DNA of 64,000 nt from Turneriella sp. (GTDB taxonomy: Bacteria; Spirochaetota; Leptospiria; Turneriellales; Turneriellaceae). Position numbers and translations under genes: made by a program. Numbering within the stretch: position 1 is the first letter of the stretch; every line of letters begins with the position of its first letter. The DNA is taken from positions 2,240,001-2,304,000 of the forward strand of contig CBDIID010000003.1 of NCBI GenBank assembly GCA_965279515.1. The letters are read 5' to 3'. Of this stretch, positions 27,686 to 39,300 are shown piece by piece. The notes under the pieces were generated by a model. The model saw nothing but the letters and a program-made list of their open reading frames with translations, was not told the DNA's origin and made no database searches.

Positions 27686-29317
27686 TTGAAAAAGGAACGC
27701 CGACGCGTCTGGGGATTAGTATTGATTCTGGTGGCTGCCTCCACCTTCACGGGCACAATTGCCTCCTTAATATTGTATCAGACAGCGCTCCGGGAAAAGT
27801 CCGATTTTCTGCTGATCGAGGTGCAGAACCTCGCGCGCCTCATTGGCGCCGTCGCCCGCTTTGACCGCAATACGTTCAGCGATGTCAGCAAGGCGACCAA
27901 GGCTACCCTCAGCCAGGTTGAAGATGCATTCAAGAGCCAGAATCCCGTAGGCGAAACCGGTGAAATCATGCTGGGCCGCAGCGAAGACAAAAAGATCGTT
28001 ATCTTTCTGCGTTACCGCGACCACCACCTGAACCAGAACCTCGTTCTGCCCCACGACAAAGCCCGTTCCGAGGCGATGGCGCGGGCACTGGCGGGTGAAA
28101 CCGGGGTCGGCCAGTTTCCCGACCTGAACGGAGAGCCTGTACTGGCGGCATATACCTACATTCCCTATCTTAAAACCGGGCTCGAGATAAAAATCGCCAT
28201 GGCCGAAATCGTCAAACCCTACTTGTGGAGCGGCTTTATGATCGCTCTCGCCAGTGGTGCGATGATCCTGTTTTGTATTTTTCTCTTCGTGCGCGTCAGC
28301 CGTCCCGTGCTTGCCGAGCTCGAGAAACACCGCATGCTCACCGAAGCGGTCGTCGAATCGGCGCAGGATATGATTATTACAACGGACGAGCAGGGCCTTA
28401 TCCGCCTCGTCAACCCGGCGACGCTCGAGGCGCTCGGTTATTCTGAAAACGAACTCATCGCCCGTGATTTTGCAATCCTGTTCGACCCCGAAGATGACAC
28501 GACGATGCAGACCATTGGCCGCATCCGCGATGAAAGTTTTGTTAACCGCCCGGACATCACAGTGTACCTGAAAAAAAAATCCGGTCCGCCGTTTCCCGCT
28601 TCGATCACTTCGGGTCGTAAACACCTCGCCGAGAACGGCATTATTACCATCGTCCTGCACGACCTGACGGCGCTCAAAGAAAGTGAAGATACGGTGCGGC
28701 ATCTCACGCACAAGATGATCGAAATTAAAGACGAAGAGCAGGATAAAATTTCGCGGGAACTACATGACACGCTGGGAACAAATCTCGGCTGGCTGAAACT
28801 GCAGGCGCAACAGCTGCTCAGGCACCTGCCCGACAAACGTGATGATGCCGCTGCGCTCATAACAGGTATTGACGAGACGATTGAAATGGCGCGCAGCATT
28901 TCACACTCCCTGAGCCCCATCGCCATCGAAAAACTGGGCCTCGTAACCATGCTCGAACGGCTGATCGAACGCGCGGCAAAGCTGACGCCGGCTTCGGTGA
29001 CGCTGCGGCACGAAAACCTCGATGTTGAGATTTCATCGCGTCTCAGCTTTCATATTTTCCGCATTGTGCAGGAATCCCTGAACAACGCCCTGCGCCATTC
29101 GCAGGCCACGAACATCTCTGTACTGTGCGGATGCAGCCGGAATAAACTCTCCCTCTGCATCGCCGATGATGGCCAGGGTTTCGATAGCGCGAAAAAAGCA
29201 TCGGGTCTGGGCCTTGCCCTGATTGCCGAACGCGTGCGGCTGCTGGGCGGCAAACTTAGCATCGACTCGGCGCCGGGTCGGGGAACGGAGGTGGCGATTG
29301 AGCTTGCCGTTGGTTAA
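27686..29317 (+). CDS. Membrane PAS-domain sensor histidine kinase (HisKA_3/NarX type)
   Basis: Two TM helices, PAS domain, ISRELHD H-box, QESLNNALRH, DDGQGF, GLGL. Confidence 0.93.
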   Translation: MKKERRRVWGLVLILVAASTFTGTIASLILYQTALREKSDFLLIEVQNLARLIGAVARFDRNTFSDVSKATKATLSQVEDAFKSQNPVGETGEIMLGRSEDKKIVIFLRYRDHHLNQNLVLPHDKARSEAMARALAGETGVGQFPDLNGEPVLAAYTYIPYLKTGLEIKIAMAEIVKPYLWSGFMIALASGAMILFCIFLFVRVSRPVLAELEKHRMLTEAVVESAQDMIITTDEQGLIRLVNPATLEALGYSENELIARDFAILFDPEDDTTMQTIGRIRDESFVNRPDITVYLKKKSGPPFPASITSGRKHLAENGIITIVLHDLTALKESEDTVRHLTHKMIEIKDEEQDKISRELHDTLGTNLGWLKLQAQQLLRHLPDKRDDAAALITGIDETIEMARSISHSLSPIAIEKLGLVTMLERLIERAAKLTPASVTLRHENLDVEISSRLSFHIFRIVQESLNNALRHSQATNISVLCGCSRNKLSLCIADDGQGFDSAKKASGLGLALIAERVRLLGGKLSIDSAPGRGTEVAIELAVG

Positions 29318-29948
29318 GGCCCGGCTGATTCTCGCCGACGACCATGCCGTGTTCCGCGAGGGCATGAAACGTATGCTGGAAGATTCGGGATTTTTCAGTG
29401 TCGTGGCACAGGCCGGCGACGGCAAGACGTTGGCCGAAAAAGTGGCTTCGGTCGCCCACGATCTCGTGCTCACCGATCTTTCGATGCCGGGTGCCAACGG
29501 TTTCGAAGCGATCGAACTTGTGAAAAAGAGCTCTCCGCAATCCAAAATCGTGGTCCTGTCCATGCACAAGGACCGCGACCTCTTTAAGAAGGCTATCCAA
29601 CTCGGTATCGACGGCTACATACTGAAAGAAGATATCTTTGAGCAGATGATCCATTGCCTCAAGACGGTTGTGGCTGGTGAAAAATCTTTTTCGCCGCGCC
29701 TGACTAATTTCATTGCGACGGATTACGCGCTCGGGCAAACCGACGAACTCGCTTTTGAAATTCTGACGAAGCGTGAGCAGGAAATCTTACGGTTATTGGG
29801 CAAGGGGCAGAGCAACAAAGAAGTCGCCGGGTTTCTCGATCTCAGCGTGCGTACCGTCGAAACACACCGCGCCAGCATCATGCGCAAGATGGATTTCCAC
29901 AATATCCAGGAACTGGTGACGTACTGCGTGCGGAACAACCTCGATTAG
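29298..29948 (+). CDS. NarL/LuxR-family response regulator
   Basis: ADDH, DLSMP, LTKREQEIL...TVETHR; TTG start after GGAGG. Confidence 0.93.
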   Translation: MSLPLVKARLILADDHAVFREGMKRMLEDSGFFSVVAQAGDGKTLAEKVASVAHDLVLTDLSMPGANGFEAIELVKKSSPQSKIVVLSMHKDRDLFKKAIQLGIDGYILKEDIFEQMIHCLKTVVAGEKSFSPRLTNFIATDYALGQTDELAFEILTKREQEILRLLGKGQSNKEVAGFLDLSVRTVETHRASIMRKMDFHNIQELVTYCVRNNLD

Positions 29949-31108
29949 AATTTGTAACTCGTCGCAAGCCCCGTCACCAAGCGGTCGATCGGGGTCTGCG
30001 CGGTGATGTTGTAAATCGTGAATGCGTACGCGCCCCAGAGGCTGAGGGCGATATGCTCGTTCAGGGCCACGGCGTATTCGAGAAAACCGACATGGAGAAT
30101 CGTATCGAGCGTGTCGTGCAGCGGCACGTCGCGGAAAATCCACGAATAGGCGGCTTCGATGCGCATGTGTTTCGCAAAATGCCAGGTCAGCTCAATCGGT
30201 ATTGAATGCGTTCTCACAAAGAAGAGATCGCTGGAACCGGAAAACGCCGGGCGTTCCAAAAACCGGCGAAATTCGATCGAATAAGACAGGCTGAGCTCAA
30301 GCGTGTGGACAATTTCATGCGCCAGTGATATCTCGTAAGAATGCGCTGTCGAACTTGCTGGCAAGAGCCCCGCCTGCATGCCGACGTCGTTGTAAGAGCC
30401 CGTCGCGGAAAAACGCGCGTCCCATTTTTCCCAGGGCATCGCCATAAACGACAGGCGCGCCGAATAATTATTTACGTAGGTGGAGCGCGCAAAACTCTTC
30501 AGCGCCGCATACGATTGCCCGCTGCCAGGCCCGGCATAATTGGAATCTTCAAAATCGTCGTCCACATCGGTATTCGCCGATTCTGTCGCGCCGAGTTCAT
30601 TGTGGTGATCGGCCGCGGCGCTACCGTCATGGCTCGCCCCGGGCTCGAGTTCATGGAAGCCGTCATCTTCCGACGTATTCAGGATATTGGTCTGATCGTC
30701 GGCCGGATTGTTATTAAAGTACGGATTAAATTTGTGCGAGTAGTTGAGATCGAGCATGGTGCGGAAATCCCACTTGGACAAAATACCCGGCGTCCAGAGC
30801 GTATTGGCGTTAAAGCGGGGCATAACCTGCCAAACCTGGGCATTGAGGGGACGTCCCGATTGCCGGTAGGCGCTGTTGATGCCGCCATTCAGGCCGAATT
30901 TGAGATTTTTCGAACGCGAGATACTGTAGTGCACCCTGAGTTTGGTATCATTCACCACACCTTTATCACCCGCAGAAGGCGTATTGTTGAGGTTAGATTC
31001 ATAACCAGCCGCATTGACAACGATGATCCGGGGATTTTTCGCCTCGGCGGTTTCGGCGAAACAGAATGCGGGAATGATATAACAAAAACAGGTAAATAGC
31101 CGCCGCAT
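29945..31108 (-). CDS. Probable outer-membrane beta-barrel protein with acidic/His-rich insert
   Basis: Signal peptide; amphipathic strands; C-terminal SYKF. Confidence 0.65.
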   Translation of the reverse strand: MRRLFTCFCYIIPAFCFAETAEAKNPRIIVVNAAGYESNLNNTPSAGDKGVVNDTKLRVHYSISRSKNLKFGLNGGINSAYRQSGRPLNAQVWQVMPRFNANTLWTPGILSKWDFRTMLDLNYSHKFNPYFNNNPADDQTNILNTSEDDGFHELEPGASHDGSAAADHHNELGATESANTDVDDDFEDSNYAGPGSGQSYAALKSFARSTYVNNYSARLSFMAMPWEKWDARFSATGSYNDVGMQAGLLPASSTAHSYEISLAHEIVHTLELSLSYSIEFRRFLERPAFSGSSDLFFVRTHSIPIELTWHFAKHMRIEAAYSWIFRDVPLHDTLDTILHVGFLEYAVALNEHIALSLWGAYAFTIYNITAQTPIDRLVTGLATSYKF

Positions 31109-31159
31109 CGGGAAAGAGCTAAAATCTTGACGCGGCCATTTCGTCAATCACTCCGCCTT

Positions 31160-31807
31160 ATGGAATTTTTCATTGATACGGCGGATGTGAACGAAATCAA
31201 AACCGCCCACGAACTCGGTATTTTAGACGGCGTCACGACCAACCCGTCGCTTGTGGCAAAGACAGGCAAACCCTTCAAACAGGTCATCCGCGAAATCTGC
31301 GCAATCGTCGACGGCCCTGTTTCGGCCGAAGTCGTCGCGATAGAAAAAGATGCAATACTGAAAGAAGGCAGAGAACTTGCCAAGCTGGCAAAGAACGTCG
31401 TCGTGAAGGTGCCGCTGATTCCCGAGGGATTAAAAGCCGTGAAAGTTTTTTCGGCCGAAGGCATTAAAACCAACGTGACGCTCTGCTTCACTGCAAATCA
31501 GGCATTGCTCGCCGCAAAAGTCGGGGCGACTTACATCTCTCCCTTCATCGGCCGACTCGACGACATCAGCCAGGAAGGTATCGAACTCATCGAAGAAATC
31601 AAAACCATTTACGAGAATTACGATTTCTCCACAAAAGTCCTGGTTGCGAGCATACGCCATCCGATTCACCTCAAACAAGCCGCGCTCATCGGCGCAGACG
31701 TCGCCACGATTCCGTTCAGCGTCTTCGGGCAGTTGGTAAAACACCCGCTCACCGACTCGGGCCTCGAAAAATTTCTCGCCGACGCAAAAAAGTTTAACTG
31801 GGATTAA
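31160..31807 (+). CDS. tal: Transaldolase (short Fsa/TalC type)
   Basis: [34 protein letters not shown]. Confidence 0.93.
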   Translation: MEFFIDTADVNEIKTAHELGILDGVTTNPSLVAKTGKPFKQVIREICAIVDGPVSAEVVAIEKDAILKEGRELAKLAKNVVVKVPLIPEGLKAVKVFSAEGIKTNVTLCFTANQALLAAKVGATYISPFIGRLDDISQEGIELIEEIKTIYENYDFSTKVLVASIRHPIHLKQAALIGADVATIPFSVFGQLVKHPLTDSGLEKFLADAKKFNWD

Positions 31808-31813
31808 TGTACT

Positions 31814-32605
31814 TTGGCCGTCGTTCTTTCCATTACAAACCAGAAAGGCGGCGTAGCTAAAACCACAACGGCGTTGTCGCTCGCGCATGCGTTCGCGCGC
31901 AAAGATCCGCAAAAGAAAATACTGCTGATCGATCTCGATTCGCAGCGCAATGCGACGTCGATTCTCCTGGGCGCGCAGGATATTCCGCCGGAAAAATCGG
32001 TCTATGCGCTTTTCCAGAATAAAAAACCCGAGAGCTCGGTGCTCTATCCCACACGACTCCCAAATCTTTTTGTGATTCCTTCGAACCTGCACCTGGTCGA
32101 AGTCGAATCACAGCTCACAGGGGCCATCGACGGCTTCTTTCGTCTCAACGACGCGCTGCAGATTCTGCGGCACGAGTTTGACTTCATTCTGCTCGATTGC
32201 CCGCCCTCGCTCTCTGTCATCACCATCAACGCGATGGTCTCGGCAGATTTTCTGCTGATCCCCCTGCAGATCTCCAAATTCTCGATCGACGGCATCCAGA
32301 ATATCCGCGATGCGGTAACCACGGTGAACCGCCGCTACAACGCACACCTCAAGATCGCCGGCGGATGCCTGACCCTGCACGACGGGCGCACGACCCTGTC
32401 GCAGGCGATGATTCCCGAAGTGGAGAAGATCCTGCCGATTCTGAAAACGACTATCCCCCGCTCGGTCGCCGTTGAAGAAGCCCACCTGATGCGGCAGGAT
32501 ATCTTCGATTACGCGCCTGATAACAAGGTCGCTGTTGCCTATAACGACCTGGCCGACGAACTTGCCGGCGTCTTTGCGGCCCATGCCGCGGGTGCCGCGC
32601 CATGA
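31814..32605 (+). CDS. ParA/Soj-family ATPase
   Basis: NQKGGVAKTT, DLDSQRN, DCPPSL. Confidence 0.92.
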   Translation: MAVVLSITNQKGGVAKTTTALSLAHAFARKDPQKKILLIDLDSQRNATSILLGAQDIPPEKSVYALFQNKKPESSVLYPTRLPNLFVIPSNLHLVEVESQLTGAIDGFFRLNDALQILRHEFDFILLDCPPSLSVITINAMVSADFLLIPLQISKFSIDGIQNIRDAVTTVNRRYNAHLKIAGGCLTLHDGRTTLSQAMIPEVEKILPILKTTIPRSVAVEEAHLMRQDIFDYAPDNKVAVAYNDLADELAGVFAAHAAGAAP

Positions 32606-33381
32606 AAAAGAACAAAAAAGATCTGTTCCGCAAGGCCGTAGCCGATAACCTGAGTGAAAACCAGGAAGAGAATTCCGAACTCGGCGATTTTGTCAGTGAC
32701 ATGAAGCGTTCGCGTGACGACATCCATGCCTCCGCGAACCTCGGTGCCTCCGTGCACCACGGTTCGCGCGCCGACAACCCCGGCGAAGCGGCCGAAAAAG
32801 AAACCGGCGAAAACAAAAATGACTTGCCGGAACAAAAAGAAGAAAAAAGAACCGGCTCAGCTATGGAAAGCCGTCTCAAAAGACTCACATCGGGTTCCGG
32901 AGGACCGGTTCAACCCGCGGCATTTGCCGACGACGATGAACCGCCCCGCTGGCGTAAAGCGGCCCTATACGGCGTCGCCGCCTTCCTTGTACTCAGCCTG
33001 TTATACTGGGCCATCTTTTCTCCGGGGCAAAAACCCACAATCTACCTGTCTAACGCAGTGATCGAAGAAAACAACGCACGAAACCTCAGCACCGCGAATC
33101 TCGTGTTTCCCCGCAACAAGACCCTTTACCTGTTTTTCTCCAGCGGGGGCCGCCTGGGGCAAGATAAGCTCGTCACAAAACTTACCGAAGTCTATGCCGA
33201 TTCGAGCAACATGATGAAAGAAGAGAGTGTCGCGCAGATCGAAGGCAGTGTGAAATCGAACTGGCGCTACTTTACGACCCAGTTCCAGAAAGAAAACTTT
33301 GATCATACCGGCAGATTCCGCATCCATGTCCTTTCGCCTAATGGTGAAGTGCTCGCTTCGCAGGAATTCCGCATCCAGTAG
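32602..33381 (+). CDS. Hypothetical bitopic membrane protein
   Basis: ATGA overlap with parA; charged N-terminus, one TM helix, beta-rich C-terminus. Confidence 0.75.
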   Translation: MKKNKKDLFRKAVADNLSENQEENSELGDFVSDMKRSRDDIHASANLGASVHHGSRADNPGEAAEKETGENKNDLPEQKEEKRTGSAMESRLKRLTSGSGGPVQPAAFADDDEPPRWRKAALYGVAAFLVLSLLYWAIFSPGQKPTIYLSNAVIEENNARNLSTANLVFPRNKTLYLFFSSGGRLGQDKLVTKLTEVYADSSNMMKEESVAQIEGSVKSNWRYFTTQFQKENFDHTGRFRIHVLSPNGEVLASQEFRIQ

Positions 33382-36300
33382 GTGAAAGCATTGCACCGAC
33401 TTGCTATCGTTTTAGCCGGTGCCTTGATTGCGGCGCATTGCTCGGGTGCGAACGTGCGCGACGACGCGCACTTTAGTTACGAGAACATCTATCAAGACCG
33501 CTACCAGCGCGGTAACGGTGGTATTATTCCGATCACGCTGGAGCGCGGCGAATCATACAGCGGGTCGATCACGCGCGACCAGAAATATCTCTACTTCTCT
33601 TCAAACACATCGGGTAATTACGATATTTACCTGCGCGACCTTTCCGACGTATTTTCGATTCCGGTCGTCACGACGGTAACAAACCAGCGCGAGCCATCGA
33701 TCAGCCCCGACGGCAAGTACCTTGTCTATGTCGACGACGAACTCGATCCCGACGGCGATATTATTCTGCTCAAGGTGAGCCCGAAAAAACTCATCGAGCT
33801 CTACCGCGACCGGGAGCAACCCGGCGACGAATGGTTTGCCTCGCGCGCAAAAAATCTCACGAACAGCGAAAAGAACCGCATCCGCGCACGCGACGCCAAC
33901 CCAACTTGGTCGCCCGACGGAAAATGGATCGCCTACAGTTCTGACCTGGTCGCGCTGAAACAGGATGACCTCGGTGCGGGCGCCGGTGCGATACAAAATA
34001 TCTGGATCATGCCCGCATCGAGCCCCGAAGAGAAAAGACAGCTCACGACGAAAGGCGGCGTGATGCCGTCTTTTTCCCCGGACGGGAAACGCATCGTCTA
34101 TATCTCGTACGAAGATGAAAAATCTTCGGGCGCAGTTTACGAAGTCGAGGTTGCCACAGGAAAAACACGGCGCATCACCTCAGGCAAAAGCATGGATTTT
34201 TATCCAAGTTATACGCCCGATATGGACGGGATTATTCTGACACGGATCGCGGCAGATACTAACGGCGACGGCCAAATCGACCGTAAGGATGCGGGACAGA
34301 TTATTCGTATCGAACCCGACGACCTCGATACCGACGCACCGCTCGACTCGCTCGACAGGGGTTTTGTCGAAGACCACGAACACGTCGCACTCACCGCAGA
34401 TACAGACCATGTCTTTGATTCGCGGGTGAGCAATTTTATCGGCGGCAGTGTGATTCTGGCCCAGCTTAAGGGCGAAGACGTCAACGTCGGCTTTATTCCG
34501 TTATCAGGGGCAATCCCCGTGAAACCTGATGTGCGGCAACAGCAGGCCTACCTGTTTGAACAGATGAAAAAAGCCAAAAACAAGGCCCGCCCCTGCCTGG
34601 GCCTTGAACAATTGCCCAGTGCCTTTGAAAAATCACCTGACATCGAAATCTACCAGGCGCTGAGCCGTATGCGGCAAGCCGCGTGCGATACAAATGAGGC
34701 CGCAGAACTCAGGGAATTCATCGCCGATGTGACGTATGAAGAGCAGGTTGTTTACCGCCTGTTAAACGACCTCTCGGCAATCTCGGCGGATTATGCGGAT
34801 TTAAAGGGTATCGTGCGCCTTGCTGCCCTTGCCGAAACAGGCAACGTGCAGGAATACTTCGAAAAAATAACCAGCGACAAAAAAATCTGGAATGAATACC
34901 GCGATGGGGATCCCGGGGACAAAGAAGATTATCGCGCGATCTTCTCCTTCATCCGCCATGAACAGGCAAAATATTTTATCCGCCAGGGTAAACACAAAGA
35001 TGCGGTAGAAGTTATCCGCAAGGTTATCCGCTTCAATGTGGATTACCTGGGCCTCGACGAATTGCTGCTCGGGAACGGAAGCATCGATTCCGCGTCGCTG
35101 CCTGCCTCTGAAATTGTTTATCTGCTCGCCGATACACCCGATCCGGCGCTGATACCGGATTATTTTTCGGGCCTCAAGAACACCGCCATCAAAGTCAGGC
35201 CGCATGTGCGCAGACAGGCCGAAAGATTTCTCGCCGATTTCTTCAGAAAACAATTTGCAGCCGGCAGCGAAGCCGCGCAGAAACAATTTCTTGCCGCATA
35301 CCCCGAGAAAAATCACCGGACCATGCACGCACTTTATTCTGTAGCCTCGGCACGCAGCGCTGTAAAAAAAGAGCTTCTCGATGAAGCGGCGGCCGCTTCG
35401 GCGCGCGCGCAGGCATTGGCTCCGGCGGGCTCGCTCATCCACTATGATGCAGAAATCGTGCGCGGCAAAATCGAAGAAGTCCGCAACGGCGCCGACGGGG
35501 CAATGCGCGTCTATGCCGCAGCGGTGGGGGCCTTCCGCGATACCGAGATACCGGCGAGCGCGAAGAACATTATCGCAAAACTCACGCGTTACCACGAAGA
35601 GCGCGCCGAACGTTTCCGCGGAGAACAAAATGACCGCGCGGCGGCGGGCGAGTACCAGGCGCTGCTCGATCTCTATTTGTCTGCGCATGCGAACAAACTG
35701 ACAAAAGAGATCGCGGCGGGGGAGCTCCTGGATAGTGCCCTCAATCTCGACCAGGTGGCGCTGCGCGCGGCGGGTGACGACGGCGACGAGAAGCTGCTCG
35801 ATGAAATCATGAATTTCTATGATTCGCGCATTGACATCGCGCGGCGTTACCTCGTGAGCGAGTTTATTTTCGGGCGCGGTTTTTTACGCGCACAACTCGG
35901 CATCAAACGCCACCTGGCAGCGGAAGCCGATGGCCTCACCAAATCTGAGAAGAAAAAAGTCTTTGAACACTTTCGTAAGGCAGAGGTTGACCTCAATTGG
36001 TGTTTTTTTGCGAACGCACGCTTCGCCGACGCCTACATCATGCTGGGGTGGATGTACCAGTTCATCGACGAAAAACGCGAAGTCGTATTGGAGCCGAGTT
36101 CGGGAAAAAGAGACCGCGAGGTATTCGAGTCGCTCTATAAGTCGTTCTTCCCGGATTATCTTTTTGAAAAGAACATCCGCCTTTACCAGAAAACGCTCGC
36201 ACTCTTTGGCAAATCCGGTTCGCCGCGTATCAAGAACAGCTTCCATCTCAACATCGCGAATAACTATTTCCTCCTTAATAATTACAGCCAGGCCGAAGAA

Positions 36301-39300
36301 CATTACGCTGCCATTCTCGATAAAAATGGCAATCCCGATTTCCAGTTTGAAAACCCTGAACAGGAAATGATGTTTTATTATCATTTCGGCCGAACGCTGT
36401 ATTTTTCGGGTAAGAACGACGTAGCGGCACGCTACCTGAAGTATGTTGAGAACAACCTGAATTCACGCTATCCCATTGCCGGGGTACCCGCCGACGTGCA
36501 GAAACTCAATCAAGGGAGGAGGGAGATCGCCTATAAGACTTTCGCCCTCAACAGCGAGTATTCGCAGAATGTTCCGATGGCGATCCAGTACCACCAGACC
36601 ATTCTCGCCGAAGCCAAGGCCGTCGCCGCCGAAACCCCCGTATCGATGTCGCAGCTCGAACTGGCACGACTTTTTCTCAGGCAGGGCGATCTCGCCGCCG
36701 CGCTCAGGCATACCAACCGGGCAGAAAAAGCGCTGGAAAAAGAAAAAGAAATTCCGATTCCAAAGTTTAAGCTCCGCCTCAAATGGTTCTGGATCTACGA
36801 GCCGTGGACAACGGTGGTCGGTTGGCTTTACAAACTTTCGTATGACGATGTCTACATCGGTGAAAATCATCTTGCCTTCGAATTACCCACGGTGAACCGC
36901 TACCAGCTACTCTACTCCATCCGCGCCGATGTTTACAAACAGAAGGGCCTCATCCAGGACGCCTCGGAAGCACTGGCGAAACTTGTCGAATACGCCGAGA
37001 AAGACAAAACGACACACGGCAAAGAAACTCTGAGCGCTGCTGTAAGCCGGCGCGGCGAGCTGGAGTTCCAGCTCAAGAACTGGGATAATGCCATGGCGCT
37101 GTACCAGACTGCGCTCAAGCAGGCGGAAAAAGACGCGAATGCTACAGCCGCGCTGACCTTCCGCAAAAACATCCACCTCTGTAAGCTGCGCAAACTCGAA
37201 ACCGAGAACCAAACGCTGGCCGATAAAATCAAGACCGCGCAAAAAAACAGCGAAGAAGTTGCGGAATTTGAGAAAGATAAAATTGAAGAGCGGCTCAAAG
37301 CCGTACGCAAAGCGATCAAAGAAAAGGATGATCCCGAGAAAAAAGACATTTCTCCCGAAGGCGTCATCAAAGTCACACAGAAAGTCCAGGCTGAAATCCA
37401 GCCGATTCTTTTCTTTAAAGGTCTGAGCCTGGCGCATGAAGCCGAGCTCGCCGACTTCAAAGACCGCTTTGAAGCAAAAGACGAAACATTCGATCAATAC
37501 CTGGCTCATAAAAAAGCAGGGTTCGATAAATTCCGGCAGGCGCTGAAATACTTCAGAGGCTTTACAAAAGAAAGTTTTCCGGAAGTCGACCCGGTATTCG
37601 AACCCGATCTGAAAAATAACAGTCTCAGGATTAAACTGGCGATGAACCGCGCCAAGGTTCTGCAGGAAATGAATCTCGTCGACGAATCCATCGCCGAGCT
37701 CAAGGAGATCCAGGAACGCAGCCAGGAGTTCCGCGCCGATCTTGAATATGCCATCGCCACTTACCGCGTATACCGGGTCTATGAAGAGGCTGAGCTCGAA
37801 GAGAAAGTCAACCTGACACAATACCGTAACCTGATCCGCTTTTTTATGCGCAACCAGAACTTCATGCGCGCCAACACGGATCTCTTTGAAAGAATCTGTA
37901 ATATCATCACAGACCGGGCCCTGAAAAAACGAAACTTCGCCGAGGCTATCCTCACGGAAGATCTGCGGCGGCAACTCACGGGAATACAAATGTACCTCGA
38001 TGATCTGAAACTCTATGGACCCAAGGAAGAGCAATTTTCGAAGCTCCTGATCCTGGAACAGAAACGGTATACGCTCTCGAACCGCATCCGCGCGGGACGT
38101 CTTGCCCGCCAGAGTGTGCAGACTCTGGAAAAAGAGCTTTTCGACGCTGACTCTGAAGCCGAATCCCTGAAACGCCGGCTGCGGCAACCAGATCGGCTCG
38201 ATTACCGCTACGATACATTTTTCAGCGACGGTTACTCCGAAGCTGAACTTGCGCGTATTGCCCGCTACGGCGTCATCTATGCCCTGAGGCCGCGCGACGA
38301 CCTGATGTTTGTTTATGTGAAATCTGAAGGCGGAAAACGCGGCGGCTTCCGTTATGAAGTTTCTGTACCCGTGGAAGGCCAAAGCGATATTCAGGAACTC
38401 GAGGCCTTTGCCGCAAAAACACGTGCACGCGTTTTGATTTTAGCGCCGCAAATTCTCGCCGACGCTCTCAAGAGCGAGAAATTAAAACCGCTGGCGATGC
38501 AAACCACCGCGCGGGCGGCGATCAACTTTGCCGACAACCCCGACCGCGCCAAACGCAGCCTCGTGCAACTCGTCAAGAGTGGAACGTTCTTCGGCCTTGC
38601 CGGCAAGAACGAAATCACGTACAATCTGCCTCAATCCGTCGAGCGCGTGAAAAAGGCCTCTGAAATCAACGCCCTGACGATTCACCGCAACGTCGTCGAT
38701 TACGAAGCTGAACTCGTGCGCAAGACTGTGGTTACAGACAACGCCCCGATCACGCCCTCAGCGATGTTTGCATTGAAGAGCAATCCCAACTACGCGCTGG
38801 CATCATGGTCATCACGCGATAAGATCGGCAAAGGCGATGAATTCCGTTACGCAACCTCCATCGACCTGTATTTTTCCGCGATGGGTGCAGGGCAGGTATT
38901 ACATACCCTTGCGCCCCGTAAAACCGCACAAGGCGCTATCGAGACATTTCTGAGTTCCGGGGAGATCACGCCGGGAACCATGCTTACCGGAAATGCGCAT
39001 TTTATCGAAAGTGAAGAAGCCGAGCGGAAACTCATGGCTTCGCAACGCGCCTCGTACCAGGCAAAGGTCACGGCTGCCCGAAAATTGCGCGAGTACACCG
39101 AAGCCGCCTCTTATGCCGAAGACGCCCTCTCGCTGTTCCCCACGGACGTAAATTTGCACCTAACGGCGGCGGAACTTCACATGATGCAGGGAGTCAATGG
39201 TGCGGCGGCACGGCATATCGCGGCAGCGCACATTACTCAGGCATCACCCCTGAAAGACCGGAAAAATTATGCAAAACTTTTACTGCGCTCCGGCTCACAT

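Noticed and set aside
36907..38382. 491-aa antisense ORF inside the giant gene (similar ones at 15379-16356, 23110-24009, 27767-28711, 53917-54780)
   Set aside because: Antisense shadows of well-supported genes
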